From contig OZ242005.1 of assembly GCA_965204725.1 (NCBI GenBank), positions 5,317,244 through 5,381,243 of the forward strand: a DNA stretch of 64,000 bases, read 5' to 3'. Under the pieces are notes generated by a model. The model was given only the letters and a program-made list of their open reading frames with translations, searched no databases and was not told where the DNA came from. Positions within the stretch are counted from its first letter, which is position 1. Every line of letters starts with the position of its first letter. Origin of the DNA: Candidatus Latescibacterota bacterium. Its GTDB lineage: Bacteria > Latescibacterota > UBA2968 > UBA8231. Positions 9,233 to 19,462 of this stretch are shown here, one piece after another. The translations under genes and the position numbers were made by a program.

Positions 9233-10234
9233 ATGAAAGCGCATTGTGCTGTAGCCGTCGGCCTCGCCTTAGTCCTCTCGCAGCCCAGCGAAAGTTTGGC
9301 TCTCGACACGGTCTCGATTGGGGAGGGCGGCGACTTGGACTGGCAGGGCGAAGGCGCGGCGGTCGTCTCCACCCTCGACGCCGAGCACCGCTCGCCTTTG
9401 AACCCCAACAACCTGCTGGTGGGCAATGCGCCCGGCGACTTAATCGAATTCACCCGCGAGGGCTTTGTCCACAGCATCCTGCCCCGGCGCATTGCCGAGG
9501 GAGAAAACGTGGCCATCGGCACCATCGACCGCGGTGGCCACATCGAGTCGCCCAACGTCTTCGACTTCAGCGGCACGTTCAAGCCGCTCGACTTGGAGAT
9601 GATGTTAAAGGAGCTGCTCTCAGACGAGCCGGGCGGCGAGTTGTTGGCCTTTGAGCGCAAGAACCAAAACTCCCTCGGCATCCTCGTGTTACTCAATTTA
9701 GGAGCGCGCTTCGGGGTGGAGCGGATACGCATCTATCCGCGCAACACGGTCGTGGCCTCGCCCTCAACCCCCTTCCAAAACGACTACCTACGGGCTTACG
9801 AGCTGTTTACCAACGACGGCCTAAACCTGACCAGCGAGGACACGCCAATATGGAAGCCGCTGATCGCCGAAACCGACAATCAAGTCGCGGTTATCGACGT
9901 GCCGCTCGACCCACCGCGCTACGTCCAGCACCTGCGCTTGCGGGCGACTTCGCCGGTGAATTTTGAGATTGACGAGATCGAGGTTTTCGGCAAGGGCTTT
10001 TTGTCGCGGGCCCAGTACGTGTCAGACATTTTCGACGCCGGGCAACCGGCCGTGTGGGGCACCCTGCGCTGGGTGGAAGAGGTGTTGGGCGATCCGCGCT
10101 TCTCCAGCGTGCAGATCCGCACGCGCACGGGCACGGACACCTCGCCCTTTGTGTACACCCGCCGATTGCGCGGCAAGCAAAACGCCGAGGACATCCCTTT
10201 TTCGCTGGAAAACCCCGGGAGGAGATGGGCCTAG
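9233..10234 (+). CDS. Secreted FlgD-Ig family protein, N-terminal part (frameshift at ~10218)
   Basis: GGAGG RBS, signal peptide, EIDEIEVFGKGF and QIRTRTG motifs shared with paralogs; continues in another frame. Confidence 0.7.
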   Translation: MKAHCAVAVGLALVLSQPSESLALDTVSIGEGGDLDWQGEGAAVVSTLDAEHRSPLNPNNLLVGNAPGDLIEFTREGFVHSILPRRIAEGENVAIGTIDRGGHIESPNVFDFSGTFKPLDLEMMLKELLSDEPGGELLAFERKNQNSLGILVLLNLGARFGVERIRIYPRNTVVASPSTPFQNDYLRAYELFTNDGLNLTSEDTPIWKPLIAETDNQVAVIDVPLDPPRYVQHLRLRATSPVNFEIDEIEVFGKGFLSRAQYVSDIFDAGQPAVWGTLRWVEEVLGDPRFSSVQIRTRTGTDTSPFVYTRRLRGKQNAEDIPFSLENPGRRWA

Positions 10235-11301
10235 CCGAGTACCGCACCTTTCCCCAAAAGGCCGGTCAGACGCCCATTACCGATGCGGCGGGCCGCGAGT
10301 GGATGGCCGGGGCCGTGACCGACGACCTGATCAATTGGAGCCCTTTCAGCACGCCGTATCCGGCGGACGGGCCTATTGTCTCGCCTAGCCCGCGCCGCTA
10401 CATGCAGTTCGAGGCCGTTTTTAACAGCAGCGACCTAGAGGCGGCGCGGGCGATCCAGTCGCTGAGCTTCGAGCTGCTAACGCCGCCGTTTGCCGACGCC
10501 TTGGTCGGCGAAGTCTTTCCACGCGAGGTAAAAGTGGCTGAGGAAGTGTCCTTTACCTTTGCCGTGCGCGCCGCCATGGGTACGGCTGGCCTGCGCGGCT
10601 TCGACACCATTGAGATCGACACGCCGACGCGGGTGTCGAGCATCGACGCGGTGCAGATCGTCGCTGGCGATGGCGCGATCGTGGCCGAGCACCACAACCT
10701 CGCCGACGCGAGCGGGGACTTCGCCATTGTCGAGGTTGCCGACGACCGCTTTGCCGTGCGCTTCCCCGTGGTGACCCAAGACCAGACGCAGGTGCATATT
10801 CGCTTCCAGACCAACGTGCTGACGTACAGCACCAACTTCACCGCTTCGGCCCGTCGCACGACCGAGCCGAGCGCCGCCCAAGTCATCGACCCGGGCCATG
10901 TAGCCTTTTTGGGCGAGGGCGACGAGGATGCCTTTTCCGGCACCACAGTACTCAGCCCGTCCGTATTGGCTGAAGGGCAGCTATTGGGCCAAGTGCAGGC
11001 TGCGCCCAATCCGTTTACCCCCAACGGCGACGGCATCAACGACGAGGCGGTCATCCACTACAACCTGCTGGCACTGAGCACCCCGCGGCCGGTTGAGGTC
11101 GCGCTCTACGACTTGAGCGGCCGGCGCGTACGCGTCCTCTTCGCTGGCGAAGAGGCCAATGGCCGCTACACAGACAAAGCGTGGGATGGCCGCGACGACC
11201 AAGGTCGCACCGTTCCCCCAGGCCTATACGTGGCCCGCGTCTTTGTCGTCGGAGATTCGGGCGACGCCGAGCAGAGCCGCGTCGTCGGGGTCGCGTACTA
11301 G
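10225..11301 (+). CDS. Secreted FlgD-Ig family protein, C-terminal part of the frameshifted gene
   Basis: NWSPFS, SPSPRRYMQ, GEVFP, PNPFTPNGDGIND, WDGRDD, VPPGLY; ends VAY. Confidence 0.72.
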   Translation: MGLAEYRTFPQKAGQTPITDAAGREWMAGAVTDDLINWSPFSTPYPADGPIVSPSPRRYMQFEAVFNSSDLEAARAIQSLSFELLTPPFADALVGEVFPREVKVAEEVSFTFAVRAAMGTAGLRGFDTIEIDTPTRVSSIDAVQIVAGDGAIVAEHHNLADASGDFAIVEVADDRFAVRFPVVTQDQTQVHIRFQTNVLTYSTNFTASARRTTEPSAAQVIDPGHVAFLGEGDEDAFSGTTVLSPSVLAEGQLLGQVQAAPNPFTPNGDGINDEAVIHYNLLALSTPRPVEVALYDLSGRRVRVLFAGEEANGRYTDKAWDGRDDQGRTVPPGLYVARVFVVGDSGDAEQSRVVGVAY

Positions 11302-11326
11302 CATAAAAAGTGCCGTGCAACGGAGA

Positions 11327-14300
11327 CTAACGACCCCCTAGCCGCGCCCTCATCCTCCGCACCCGCGGATCGTCCGGTCCCTCCTCCAGCACCTGCCGCG
11401 CCTTTTCCACTTCCCCCGTACCCCGATAGGCGTCGGCCAGTTTTAGCCGCAAGGTCGCGTCCTCGGGCCGCCGCTGTACCGCTTCCTGCAAATAGTGTTG
11501 CGCCGCGGCAAACTGCCGCTGCTTTAGAAAGGCCGTGCCGAGGTTGTTCCACACGCGGGCGTCGGTGGAGTCTATGGCCAAGGCTCGGCGAAAGACGCGC
11601 ATTCCCTCGGCAAAGCGTTCCTGCATCAAGAGGGCGGTGCCGAGATTGTTGAGCAGCCCGAGATGGTCGGGCAGGGCCTTTAAGCCGCGGCGGTAGGTTG
11701 CGGCGGCTTGGTCGAAGGCGCGGTTGCGGGTGTGAATGGCTCCGAGGCGCAAGTGGGCGGCGACAAAGGTTGGCGCGAGGTCGGCCGTGCGTTGGTAAGC
11801 CGCGGCCGCAACGTCCCACTGCCGCAGGTGTTCGTGCAGTTCGCCCTTGCGGTAGTGCCCCACGGCGTGGTCGGGCAGCGCGGCGAGCAACTCGTCGTAC
11901 CAGCGCACGGCCTGTTGGAAGCGGCCACGGCGGATGGCGTCTTCGGCCAGTTTGAAGCTCAGCTCGGGCAAGACACGCCGCACTTCTATGTCCTCGGGCC
12001 GCAGCCGAGCGGCTTTGCCCATCTGCGCGAGGGCCTCGGAGTACGCGCCGCGCCGCTCGTGCATCAGCCCGTCCAGCGCGAGGTGACGCGCCGTCCAAGC
12101 GCGGGTTAGCGGCGGCGGCGCGGCCGGATGCACAAAGCCCAAGTCAACGCGACGAACAGCCGCTAGATCCGCGAGGGAAAACAGCCCGCGGCCGCGGCTT
12201 AGGTCGCGGTAGAGGCCCCGCGGGGCCGCAAACTCCAGCCGGGCATTGTCGTCGGTGTTGAGCGGGGCGTCGCCAGCCAGCTTTTTGATCCCTTGATCGC
12301 CCATGACATAAGAGCAGAGCACATCGAGTGCGTCGCCCCCGCCACTGCGCGCCAAGTCGCGCCGCACACCGGGCCGGTCCAAGCGCGTCGCGAGCCGGTC
12401 CAATCCCACTTCCACTGGCGAGGCCGAGCCGACGAGCAGATAGTCAATCCCGGGCATTAGCTCCCACATAGACATATACGGGAAGGCGTCGGCAAACGTG
12501 GCGACAATGGTCTGCACGTCCTCTGGTTCTAGCGCGTAGGCTTGGAGCCAAACGCCGACCAAGCCCCCCGGCGCGAGCTTTTGGCGGCAGTCGTGGAAAA
12601 ATTCGCGGGTGAACAGATCCACCATGCCCGCAATCCACAAGCTCGAAGGCTGCGAGATGATGACGTCGTAGCGGCCCTCGGAAAGCGCGAGGTGGTTGCG
12701 GCCGTCGCCGACGATCATCCGCGTGCGCGGATCGGCGAGCGCGTTTTGGTTGACCTCGCTAAAGAGTTCGGTCGCCTCCACGACTTCGGGCGACAGTTCG
12801 ACGCAGTCGATGGCCGCGATCGGGTGGCACAAGGCCGCGCCCAAGCTGATGCCGCAGCCGAGGCCGATCAGCAGCACTTGTTGAGGATCCTCATGCAAGA
12901 GCAGCGGCAGATGCGCCAACAGCGAATGCGAGCGCAAATCCTTGCCCTGCGACGAGGCGACGACCTTGCCGTTGACCCGCATGAAACGCTCGCCGCGCAA
13001 GTCCCACGCGGTCACCGTCGCGGTCATGCCTTCTTTGGCATAGAGCAAGCGGCGATCTTGCCCCATGGCGTGAGCCACGCCTTGCCCGGCGAGGCGGGCC
13101 GCGTTCTGATACTGCCCGGCGTAGAGGTACGGGGCGCTGTTGAGCAAGGCCACGTCCCAAGCCGGAAGGCGCGAAACCGCTAGGGGCAACAGCAGCAGGC
13201 CGGGTGCCAGCAGGCGGACCAGCGGGCGGCGAAACGAGCCATCGCGCCAGAGGAAGTAAAGGCCCAACCCTATATTGAGGGTGGTGGCCGCGAGAATGCT
13301 GGCCTGCACTCCGATAAGGGGAATCAAGAGAAAGCCCCCGGCAAAGGCGCCCAGCACGGCCCCGAGCGTGTTGGCTGCGTACGCATCGCCGACCGACTTG
13401 CCTACGGTGGCGAGGTTCCGGGTGTAGAGCTTGGCCGCGGCCGGGAAGATGCCGCCGGCCGCAAAAGTCGGCAGGAACATCAGGCCGAAGGCGAGGAGGA
13501 ATTCGCTCAAATGCAGCAGCCCGAAGGAGCCGGCATAGCGGTTGACCAGCTCGACGACCACGAGGGGCAGCAGGCCAAAGAGCGGCTCGACCAGCAGGGC
13601 CGTTAGGCCGACGGCCAACTGCAAGAGGGCGAGGGTGCCCAAGAGCCGCGCCCGGCGGTCGATCCAGCCGGCCAGCACCAAGCTGCCCAAGCCCAGCCCG
13701 CAGATGAAGGCCACCAGCATCAAGGTAAACGCATACACTGAGGAGCCAATGAGCAGCGACAGGGTGCGAGTCCAACTCACCTCGTAGATCATAGAGGCAA
13801 AACCCGTCAGGCCCAGTGCCCAGAGCGCGGCCAAGTCGCCTCGGCTCGCCGCCGGTTCGTCCGCAGGCGGGCGGGCGGGCGGCGCGTCCGTGAGGACAAA
13901 GGCCAGCGCGCCGATGAGCAAGTTGGCCCCGGCCGCCGCCCACAGCGTGGTCTGCACCCCAAGGGAAGGGACCAATAGGAACCCGGTCAGCGCGGCCCCG
14001 AGCGCGGCCCCGAGCGTATTGAGCGCGTAGAGCCTGCCCAAGTCGCGCCCCATGCGTTCTAGGCGTTGGGTGGTAAAGCGGCTCAACAGGGGCAGCGTCG
14101 CGCCCATCAGCGTCGTGGGCAGCGCCAACAGGGCCGCCGACGCGACAAAGCGCCCCACGCCGAGCCAGAGGCCGGTTCCACCCAGTTCGCGATAGAGCCA
14201 GCCATAGACCGGCTCCAAGGCACTAAAGGCCGGCGTCATGGCCAAGCCGCAAAGGCCGATGAACACTTCCAACCAAGCGTACACGCGCAACGGCCGGCCC

Positions 14301-14500
14301 GTGCGGTCGGCGAGCCGGCCGGCGAGCCAACTGCCCAACGCCAGCCCGGCCATGAACGCGGTCAACACCGTAGCCGACGTAAAGACCGTATTGCCCATCG
14401 CCAGCCGGAAGAGTCGCATCCAAGTGATTTGATAGATGAGGGCGCAGGCGCCTGAAAAAAAGAACAGCCCGAAAACGGCCCAGCGGCTCGCGTTGTACAT
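11327..14500 (-). CDS. Fused multi-TM (MFS-like)/spermidine-synthase-like protein with C-terminal TPRs
   Basis: Two TM repeats (FFFSGACALIYQITW; GFASMIYEVSW; LYALNTLGA); VLLIGLGCG, VELSPEV, GDGR; TPRs. Confidence 0.87.
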   Translation of the reverse strand: MYNASRWAVFGLFFFSGACALIYQITWMRLFRLAMGNTVFTSATVLTAFMAGLALGSWLAGRLADRTGRPLRVYAWLEVFIGLCGLAMTPAFSALEPVYGWLYRELGGTGLWLGVGRFVASAALLALPTTLMGATLPLLSRFTTQRLERMGRDLGRLYALNTLGAALGAALTGFLLVPSLGVQTTLWAAAGANLLIGALAFVLTDAPPARPPADEPAASRGDLAALWALGLTGFASMIYEVSWTRTLSLLIGSSVYAFTLMLVAFICGLGLGSLVLAGWIDRRARLLGTLALLQLAVGLTALLVEPLFGLLPLVVVELVNRYAGSFGLLHLSEFLLAFGLMFLPTFAAGGIFPAAAKLYTRNLATVGKSVGDAYAANTLGAVLGAFAGGFLLIPLIGVQASILAATTLNIGLGLYFLWRDGSFRRPLVRLLAPGLLLLPLAVSRLPAWDVALLNSAPYLYAGQYQNAARLAGQGVAHAMGQDRRLLYAKEGMTATVTAWDLRGERFMRVNGKVVASSQGKDLRSHSLLAHLPLLLHEDPQQVLLIGLGCGISLGAALCHPIAAIDCVELSPEVVEATELFSEVNQNALADPRTRMIVGDGRNHLALSEGRYDVIISQPSSLWIAGMVDLFTREFFHDCRQKLAPGGLVGVWLQAYALEPEDVQTIVATFADAFPYMSMWELMPGIDYLLVGSASPVEVGLDRLATRLDRPGVRRDLARSGGGDALDVLCSYVMGDQGIKKLAGDAPLNTDDNARLEFAAPRGLYRDLSRGRGLFSLADLAAVRRVDLGFVHPAAPPPLTRAWTARHLALDGLMHERRGAYSEALAQMGKAARLRPEDIEVRRVLPELSFKLAEDAIRRGRFQQAVRWYDELLAALPDHAVGHYRKGELHEHLRQWDVAAAAYQRTADLAPTFVAAHLRLGAIHTRNRAFDQAAATYRRGLKALPDHLGLLNNLGTALLMQERFAEGMRVFRRALAIDSTDARVWNNLGTAFLKQRQFAAAQHYLQEAVQRRPEDATLRLKLADAYRGTGEVEKARQVLEEGPDDPRVRRMRARLGGR

Positions 14501-14521
14501 CGAGAAGTCGCTTTCTGCGGA

Positions 14522-16732
14522 TCAACCGCCGAAAATTTGTTCGATCTGGGCTTCCATTTCTCGGCGCACCACCTTTTTCAGGCGGTAGGCGCGCTGGCCA
14601 CGGCTAAAGGCCGCAAATTGAGCAGCCGCGTCGGCTGGGCGTCCAGTGCGTTGGTAGAGGTGGCCGAGAAATAGATGGGCTTGGTAGTCGTGCGGAGCAA
14701 TCTGGAGCAGGTGTTCAAACAGGGGCACGGCCTCTGCATAGCGCGCTTGGCGGGCGTAGAGCATCCCCAAGCTCCAGTGGGGATGCGCGGCCTTGGGGGC
14801 GAGGGCGAGGGCGCGGCGCAAGAGTTTTTCAGCGTCCGCCAGCCGCTCGGTCGCCCCGAGGGCCATGCTCGGCCCTTGTTCGAGTTGGATGAGCAGGTCG
14901 GCGAGGCGGGTTGGGTACTCAGGCACGTGCGGCTCGCGCTGCACGAGCTGCTCAAACTCGTCGCGGGCCGCGCGGTGTTGCCCTTGCTCCGCGTACAGGC
15001 GGGCCAGTTGATAGCGCACGACCGTCGAGTCTGGGTTCAGTTCGAGCGTGCGGCGATAACATTGGGCTGCGCGCTGGGGTTGGTCCGTCATCAGGAGGGC
15101 GTAGCCGAGGCCGCCGTGCGCCGCGGCCCAGTTGGGGCGCACGACCGCGACCTCGGAGTACGCGGCCGCGGCCTCGTCGTAGCGCCGAGCGAGCAGCGCG
15201 GTGTGCCCGAGGAGAAAGCGCACATCCGCGTCGTGGGGCTGCGCCTTGAGGTACTGCCGATAGAGGGCCATCGCCTCGTCGTAACGCTCGGCCTCGCCGT
15301 GGAGGGCCGCCAGCGCGAGGAGCGGCGCGGCGAAGCTGGGGTCGCGGACCATGGCGCGGCGGTAGTGGCGGGCGGCGTGGGCCGGCATGTCCCGTTCTTC
15401 GTAGGCGTAGCCGAGGTAGTAGTGCTCGTGGGCATTGCCCGCTGGGTCCATCGCCCCGGTGGCGACGTTGCAAAAGACCAACAGGGCGGCAAAAGCGGCG
15501 AGCCCGGGCCGAGGCCGGTGCCACAGGACGCGCACTCCACAAGCCGCAAACAACAACAGCACGGGCACGGCGGGCAGGCGATAGCGCCCGGTGACGAAAA
15601 ACAAAACGACGGAAAGCGCGTAGCAGGCCACAAAGAGCGCGAGCAAGCGTCCCTCGGGCGTGGGCGAGCGCACAACGCCAAAAAGCCCCACCAGAGCCAG
15701 CGGGGCGACCAAACCGAAGGGAAACGCCAGCCCCTTTTTCCACAGCAGGATCGACAAAAGCGCGGAGTCGTTGCGGGCGAAGTACAGGTCGCGGTTGCGC
15801 GGGATCTCGTCGCCGCGCAGGAACAGGTAGCCCTTGTAGGCCAGCAAGCCCAAGAAATCGAGCGGCTCGGCCGTTATGTATTGCCAAGATTGGGCGAAAA
15901 AATAGCGCGACTTGGCCGAAGGCTGCTCAAGGCTGGCGTGGCGCTCGGGCATTTCCACCAGCTCGGTCCAAGCCCGTCCCGGGCGGATGCGAGTCGTCTG
16001 CTCGGAGTCGGCGTTGTTGCCGATGTAGAAGTTGATGCCCGCGTTGTGCGAGATGAGCACCCGATCGCCGCCGACAGCCCAGTTGCGATACGCGACCGGC
16101 GCGATGACTAAGGCACAGCCCAAGAGCAGGAGAGCCGGCGAGCGGAGCCGACGCTGCCGGTAGTAGAGATAGCCCAACAGCACGGGCGCGCAGAGCAGCA
16201 CGTTGGCCACGGCGAGCGCGGACAGGCCCAGCAGCACCCCGGCTGCTAGGGCGCGCTGCCAACCGCCCGCGCCGACTACGAGCAACAGCACGAGCACGTT
16301 GAGGCAACAGGCCAGCAGGGTGGGCAGCAACTCGCCGCCAAAGTAGATGAGCGGCCCGTACAACGCCGCGGCAAAACCCGCGCCCAGCCCGACCCCCGCG
16401 CCAAAGACCCGGCGCCCCAACAGGCTTATGAGGACGCAGACGAGTGCGCCGAGGACGGCTTGGATGAGGCGCGGTAGGTAGAGGTCGTCCCCGGCGAGGG
16501 CAAAGAGGACGCCGAGGAGCACGGGGTAGAGCGGCGGTTGCCAGAAGGGAGCGGCCCGCCCCGCAAAGGAGACATCGCTGAAGTAGCGCGCGTCCTCGGT
16601 ATAGGTGCGAGCATCGACGACGGGCGCGGTGAAAAGCGGGCTGGCGCGTATTTCGTGGAGGTAGTACAGGCGCGCTGACAGGGCGAGCGCGAAGACGGCC
16701 ACCACCCCATAGAACACCGAGCGTCTAGCCAT
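14522..16732 (-). CDS. ArnT/PMT-like GT-C membrane glycosyltransferase with TPR tail
   Basis: DARTY, FWQPPLYP, GINFYIGNN, RYRLP, many TM segments, then TPRs; start placed at MARRSVFY, 11 nt after the upstream stop. Confidence 0.8.
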   Translation of the reverse strand: MARRSVFYGVVAVFALALSARLYYLHEIRASPLFTAPVVDARTYTEDARYFSDVSFAGRAAPFWQPPLYPVLLGVLFALAGDDLYLPRLIQAVLGALVCVLISLLGRRVFGAGVGLGAGFAAALYGPLIYFGGELLPTLLACCLNVLVLLLVVGAGGWQRALAAGVLLGLSALAVANVLLCAPVLLGYLYYRQRRLRSPALLLLGCALVIAPVAYRNWAVGGDRVLISHNAGINFYIGNNADSEQTTRIRPGRAWTELVEMPERHASLEQPSAKSRYFFAQSWQYITAEPLDFLGLLAYKGYLFLRGDEIPRNRDLYFARNDSALLSILLWKKGLAFPFGLVAPLALVGLFGVVRSPTPEGRLLALFVACYALSVVLFFVTGRYRLPAVPVLLLFAACGVRVLWHRPRPGLAAFAALLVFCNVATGAMDPAGNAHEHYYLGYAYEERDMPAHAARHYRRAMVRDPSFAAPLLALAALHGEAERYDEAMALYRQYLKAQPHDADVRFLLGHTALLARRYDEAAAAYSEVAVVRPNWAAAHGGLGYALLMTDQPQRAAQCYRRTLELNPDSTVVRYQLARLYAEQGQHRAARDEFEQLVQREPHVPEYPTRLADLLIQLEQGPSMALGATERLADAEKLLRRALALAPKAAHPHWSLGMLYARQARYAEAVPLFEHLLQIAPHDYQAHLFLGHLYQRTGRPADAAAQFAAFSRGQRAYRLKKVVRREMEAQIEQIFGG

Positions 16733-16743
16733 GCGCTTCGCGC

Positions 16744-19407
16744 TTATTGCAAGCCGGCGTAGATAGAAATGAAGATCTGATTGATAATCACGGCGTCCTC
16801 GCCCCGGGGCTGGCGGCGGTCGATCTTCATGCCCGCATGGGTCGTGACCTTGTAGCCGAGATAATCGGAGATATTGGACAACTGCAAGGCCCAGACTAGG
16901 CCGCTGAAGTCGTTGGAGTCGCGCTCCATGTCGTTGAGGAAGGTCAGCTCCAGCCCGCTCAGCAGGTTCGTGTGGCTGAGCAGGGGAAAGCCGAGCACAA
17001 AGCCGCCAATCTCGGCTAACTCGGTGCGCTCGTCGGCCGAAATCAGATCGCGGCTCTGGCGGCGGTACTCGCTTTTCCAGCGCGGCTCCACCCACAGGCG
17101 GCCCAAGTCGAAGCGGTAGCTGATTTTGTTGATTAGGCCCCAGAAAAAGTCGCGCTCGCGCAGGCCCAACAGGGCGCGCTCATTGGCGCTGAGCCGCGAG
17201 TGATACAGGTCGTATTTGAGGTAATTGGCCGTCAGCAGGCCGCGTAGCTCGTAGTCGTGGCCGATCCACAGGCTGTTGATCCAAGCGTCGCGGGCGATGA
17301 GCGGGTCCTCAACTTTGGTCGGCTCGCCGGTGCGGATATTGGCGTTGGGCAGCCACTGCAAGAGGTCGTCGGGAATGTCGTCGGTGGTGGATTTGAGCAT
17401 CTCAAAGACGCGGAAGCGCCCCCAATTCGGCGTGTGGCGGTCGAGGGTCAGCAAGGCGTAATTGGCGTGGTTTTTCTGGTTGGAAGAAATAAGGCCCTCG
17501 CGCAAGACGCCGACCATCAGCCGCACCTCCGGCGTGAGGTGGACGCCGCCGTAGGCGTTGTACCCGCGGTGGTCTTTCTTGTAGGGGTAGTCGGGCAATT
17601 CGTCGTTTTCAAAGCGATCGACCCACAGGTTGTTGTTCAGATCAATGCCAAAGAGGAATTCGGGCCGATCGACGTTGTGGCGCAAAAACGGCTCCTCGTA
17701 ATCTGGAATGAGGTTGCTCAAGAAGCGGTTGTCGTTCTGGTTGAAATCCGAGATGAAGTCGTTGTTCTCGTCCCAGCCGGGGAAGACGCTCGGATCGCCG
17801 GTCTGCCAGTCCTTGCGCACGGTGTCGGGAAATTCGTCTTGGTCGTCGTTGTCCTCCACGAGCTCGACGACGTGGATACGCTCGTCCTCGTAGTCGATAA
17901 AGCCATCGCCTTGGGCGGTGAACGTGCGGGTGGAGTAGCGAGGATCCATGCTGTATGCCTCGCCAAAAAAGAAGAAGGGAAACGCGGCCCGCGACAGGTT
18001 CATCATCCACGCGGCTGCGGCGCGATCGCCGCGGATGCCCGAAAAGGTGGTGTGCGTCTTGGCAACCACGTTGGGGTATTTGGTGTAGCTGTAGCTGAGG
18101 TCGTACTCGCCGTAAAAGTCAAAGCCGAGGACCTTTTTTAGCTCTAAGGTTCCTCCCCAGATCTGGGTGGAGGTCGGCAGGCCGTAGTCGAAACTGACGA
18201 TCTGCAAATTGGTGTTGTCGCGCACGTTGCCCTCGGCTTGGGCGACGAGCAAGAGCACGGACTCGCCGCCCGCATTGAGCTGGCGGTCGGAGGTGACCCA
18301 TACCTGATAGTCGTTGCCCAGCACGAGGCGGAACTCGACCTTTTTGATCTCTTCTTTGGTCCCCGAAGCGCGGTTGACAAAGGCCGGGCTGTCAAAGTCG
18401 TAGCGCAGGCGGATTTCCTCGACGCCATCGGCCGACAGGAAGCCTTCCCCCACGAGCCCGCCCTCGATGATCGGCTCAAAGCGAATGGCCTTGCCGTTGT
18501 CTTGGGTTCCGTCGAGATAGGTGATGATGATGTCCGAGCCGGCGCTGAAGAAGGCCGCGCCGCCAACGCCGTCGGCCGGGCTGTCGTCGCGCAAGACGAT
18601 CTCGATGATCGAGACGGTCTGGTTCTGATCAACCGATAGCTCGCCCGTGAAGGGGTTGCCGGTAAAGCCGTCGATGAGGGTGTTGGATTGGTGGGCGTTG
18701 ACCATAGTCAAACCGAGCGTGGCAAAGTCGCCCACCTGCGCGGTGGCGCGGCTGCCGAACATGGACGTGGCGTTGGAGACCAAGCTCTCTTGATCGTTGG
18801 TCGACGTGCCGCCGGGGCGGCTGATGCGCGAGTAGATTAAGGTGCCTTGGTATTTGTCGGCCGCGTAGTCGAATTGAATGCCGTCCCAGCGCGGCTTGGA
18901 AAAGGTCATCGGCGTCAGGGTCGAGCGGATTTTGGTGCCGGCCGTCAGGGCGTAGTGGTGCTGGCCCCTAGAGTCGGCCGAGATGACCAAGCCGCTAAAC
19001 CAGCCCTCGAATTTTTGCGACTTCAGCACTGAAGAGCCAAATTGCCGGGGCTGGGTCTGCGAGTTGTTAAAAATCAGCCAGCCGCGCGTGACGAGGTTGC
19101 CGTAGAGGTCGTAGTAGTAATCGCCCTCGTGGATCGCGCTGACGTAGCGCTGGTAGTGATCGCGGGCGTAGTTGGAGTATTCCCATTGCCGCCACTGGTA
19201 TTCGTTAAAAAGCTCTTGCGGCACGTACCACCGGCGCTTGGCCGGGTCGAGAGCACCGAACAGGACGCCGGGCCCCTGCGGCTCAAAGGAAACCACCCCG
19301 CCCCTTTTGACCGTGCCCGTGCGCGAGCCGTACGTCTGGGCCTCGGCGGCCGCGCTGCCGAGCCACAGGACGGCTATTGCCATCTGGCCTATCCATCTCC
19401 GGTTCAC
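16744..19407 (-). CDS. Large exported protein, putative outer-membrane beta-barrel with Asp-rich loops
   Basis: GTG start with GAGGAGG RBS; signal peptide ending AEA-Q; alternating beta patterns; EDNDDQDEFPD, WDENND, DLNNN; ends QIFISIYAGLQ. Confidence 0.6.
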   Translation of the reverse strand: MNRRWIGQMAIAVLWLGSAAAEAQTYGSRTGTVKRGGVVSFEPQGPGVLFGALDPAKRRWYVPQELFNEYQWRQWEYSNYARDHYQRYVSAIHEGDYYYDLYGNLVTRGWLIFNNSQTQPRQFGSSVLKSQKFEGWFSGLVISADSRGQHHYALTAGTKIRSTLTPMTFSKPRWDGIQFDYAADKYQGTLIYSRISRPGGTSTNDQESLVSNATSMFGSRATAQVGDFATLGLTMVNAHQSNTLIDGFTGNPFTGELSVDQNQTVSIIEIVLRDDSPADGVGGAAFFSAGSDIIITYLDGTQDNGKAIRFEPIIEGGLVGEGFLSADGVEEIRLRYDFDSPAFVNRASGTKEEIKKVEFRLVLGNDYQVWVTSDRQLNAGGESVLLLVAQAEGNVRDNTNLQIVSFDYGLPTSTQIWGGTLELKKVLGFDFYGEYDLSYSYTKYPNVVAKTHTTFSGIRGDRAAAAWMMNLSRAAFPFFFFGEAYSMDPRYSTRTFTAQGDGFIDYEDERIHVVELVEDNDDQDEFPDTVRKDWQTGDPSVFPGWDENNDFISDFNQNDNRFLSNLIPDYEEPFLRHNVDRPEFLFGIDLNNNLWVDRFENDELPDYPYKKDHRGYNAYGGVHLTPEVRLMVGVLREGLISSNQKNHANYALLTLDRHTPNWGRFRVFEMLKSTTDDIPDDLLQWLPNANIRTGEPTKVEDPLIARDAWINSLWIGHDYELRGLLTANYLKYDLYHSRLSANERALLGLRERDFFWGLINKISYRFDLGRLWVEPRWKSEYRRQSRDLISADERTELAEIGGFVLGFPLLSHTNLLSGLELTFLNDMERDSNDFSGLVWALQLSNISDYLGYKVTTHAGMKIDRRQPRGEDAVIINQIFISIYAGLQ

Positions 19408-19462
19408 CTGCAATCCCTCCTCAGTGGTCAATGATAATTGGCCCCAAGCGTTCCAGCAATAA

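Noticed and set aside
14675-16111. Long antisense/alternate-frame ORFs here and throughout (e.g. 388-1218, 1243-2301, 7255-8268, 12891-13943)
   Set aside because: Expected in high-GC DNA; fully overlap genes with clear motifs
16733-17095. N-terminal extension of the GT-C ORF; similar extensions at 19584, 22528, 62083 and 5762
   Set aside because: Overlap upstream genes or lack an RBS, and read like off-frame sequence; better downstream starts exist
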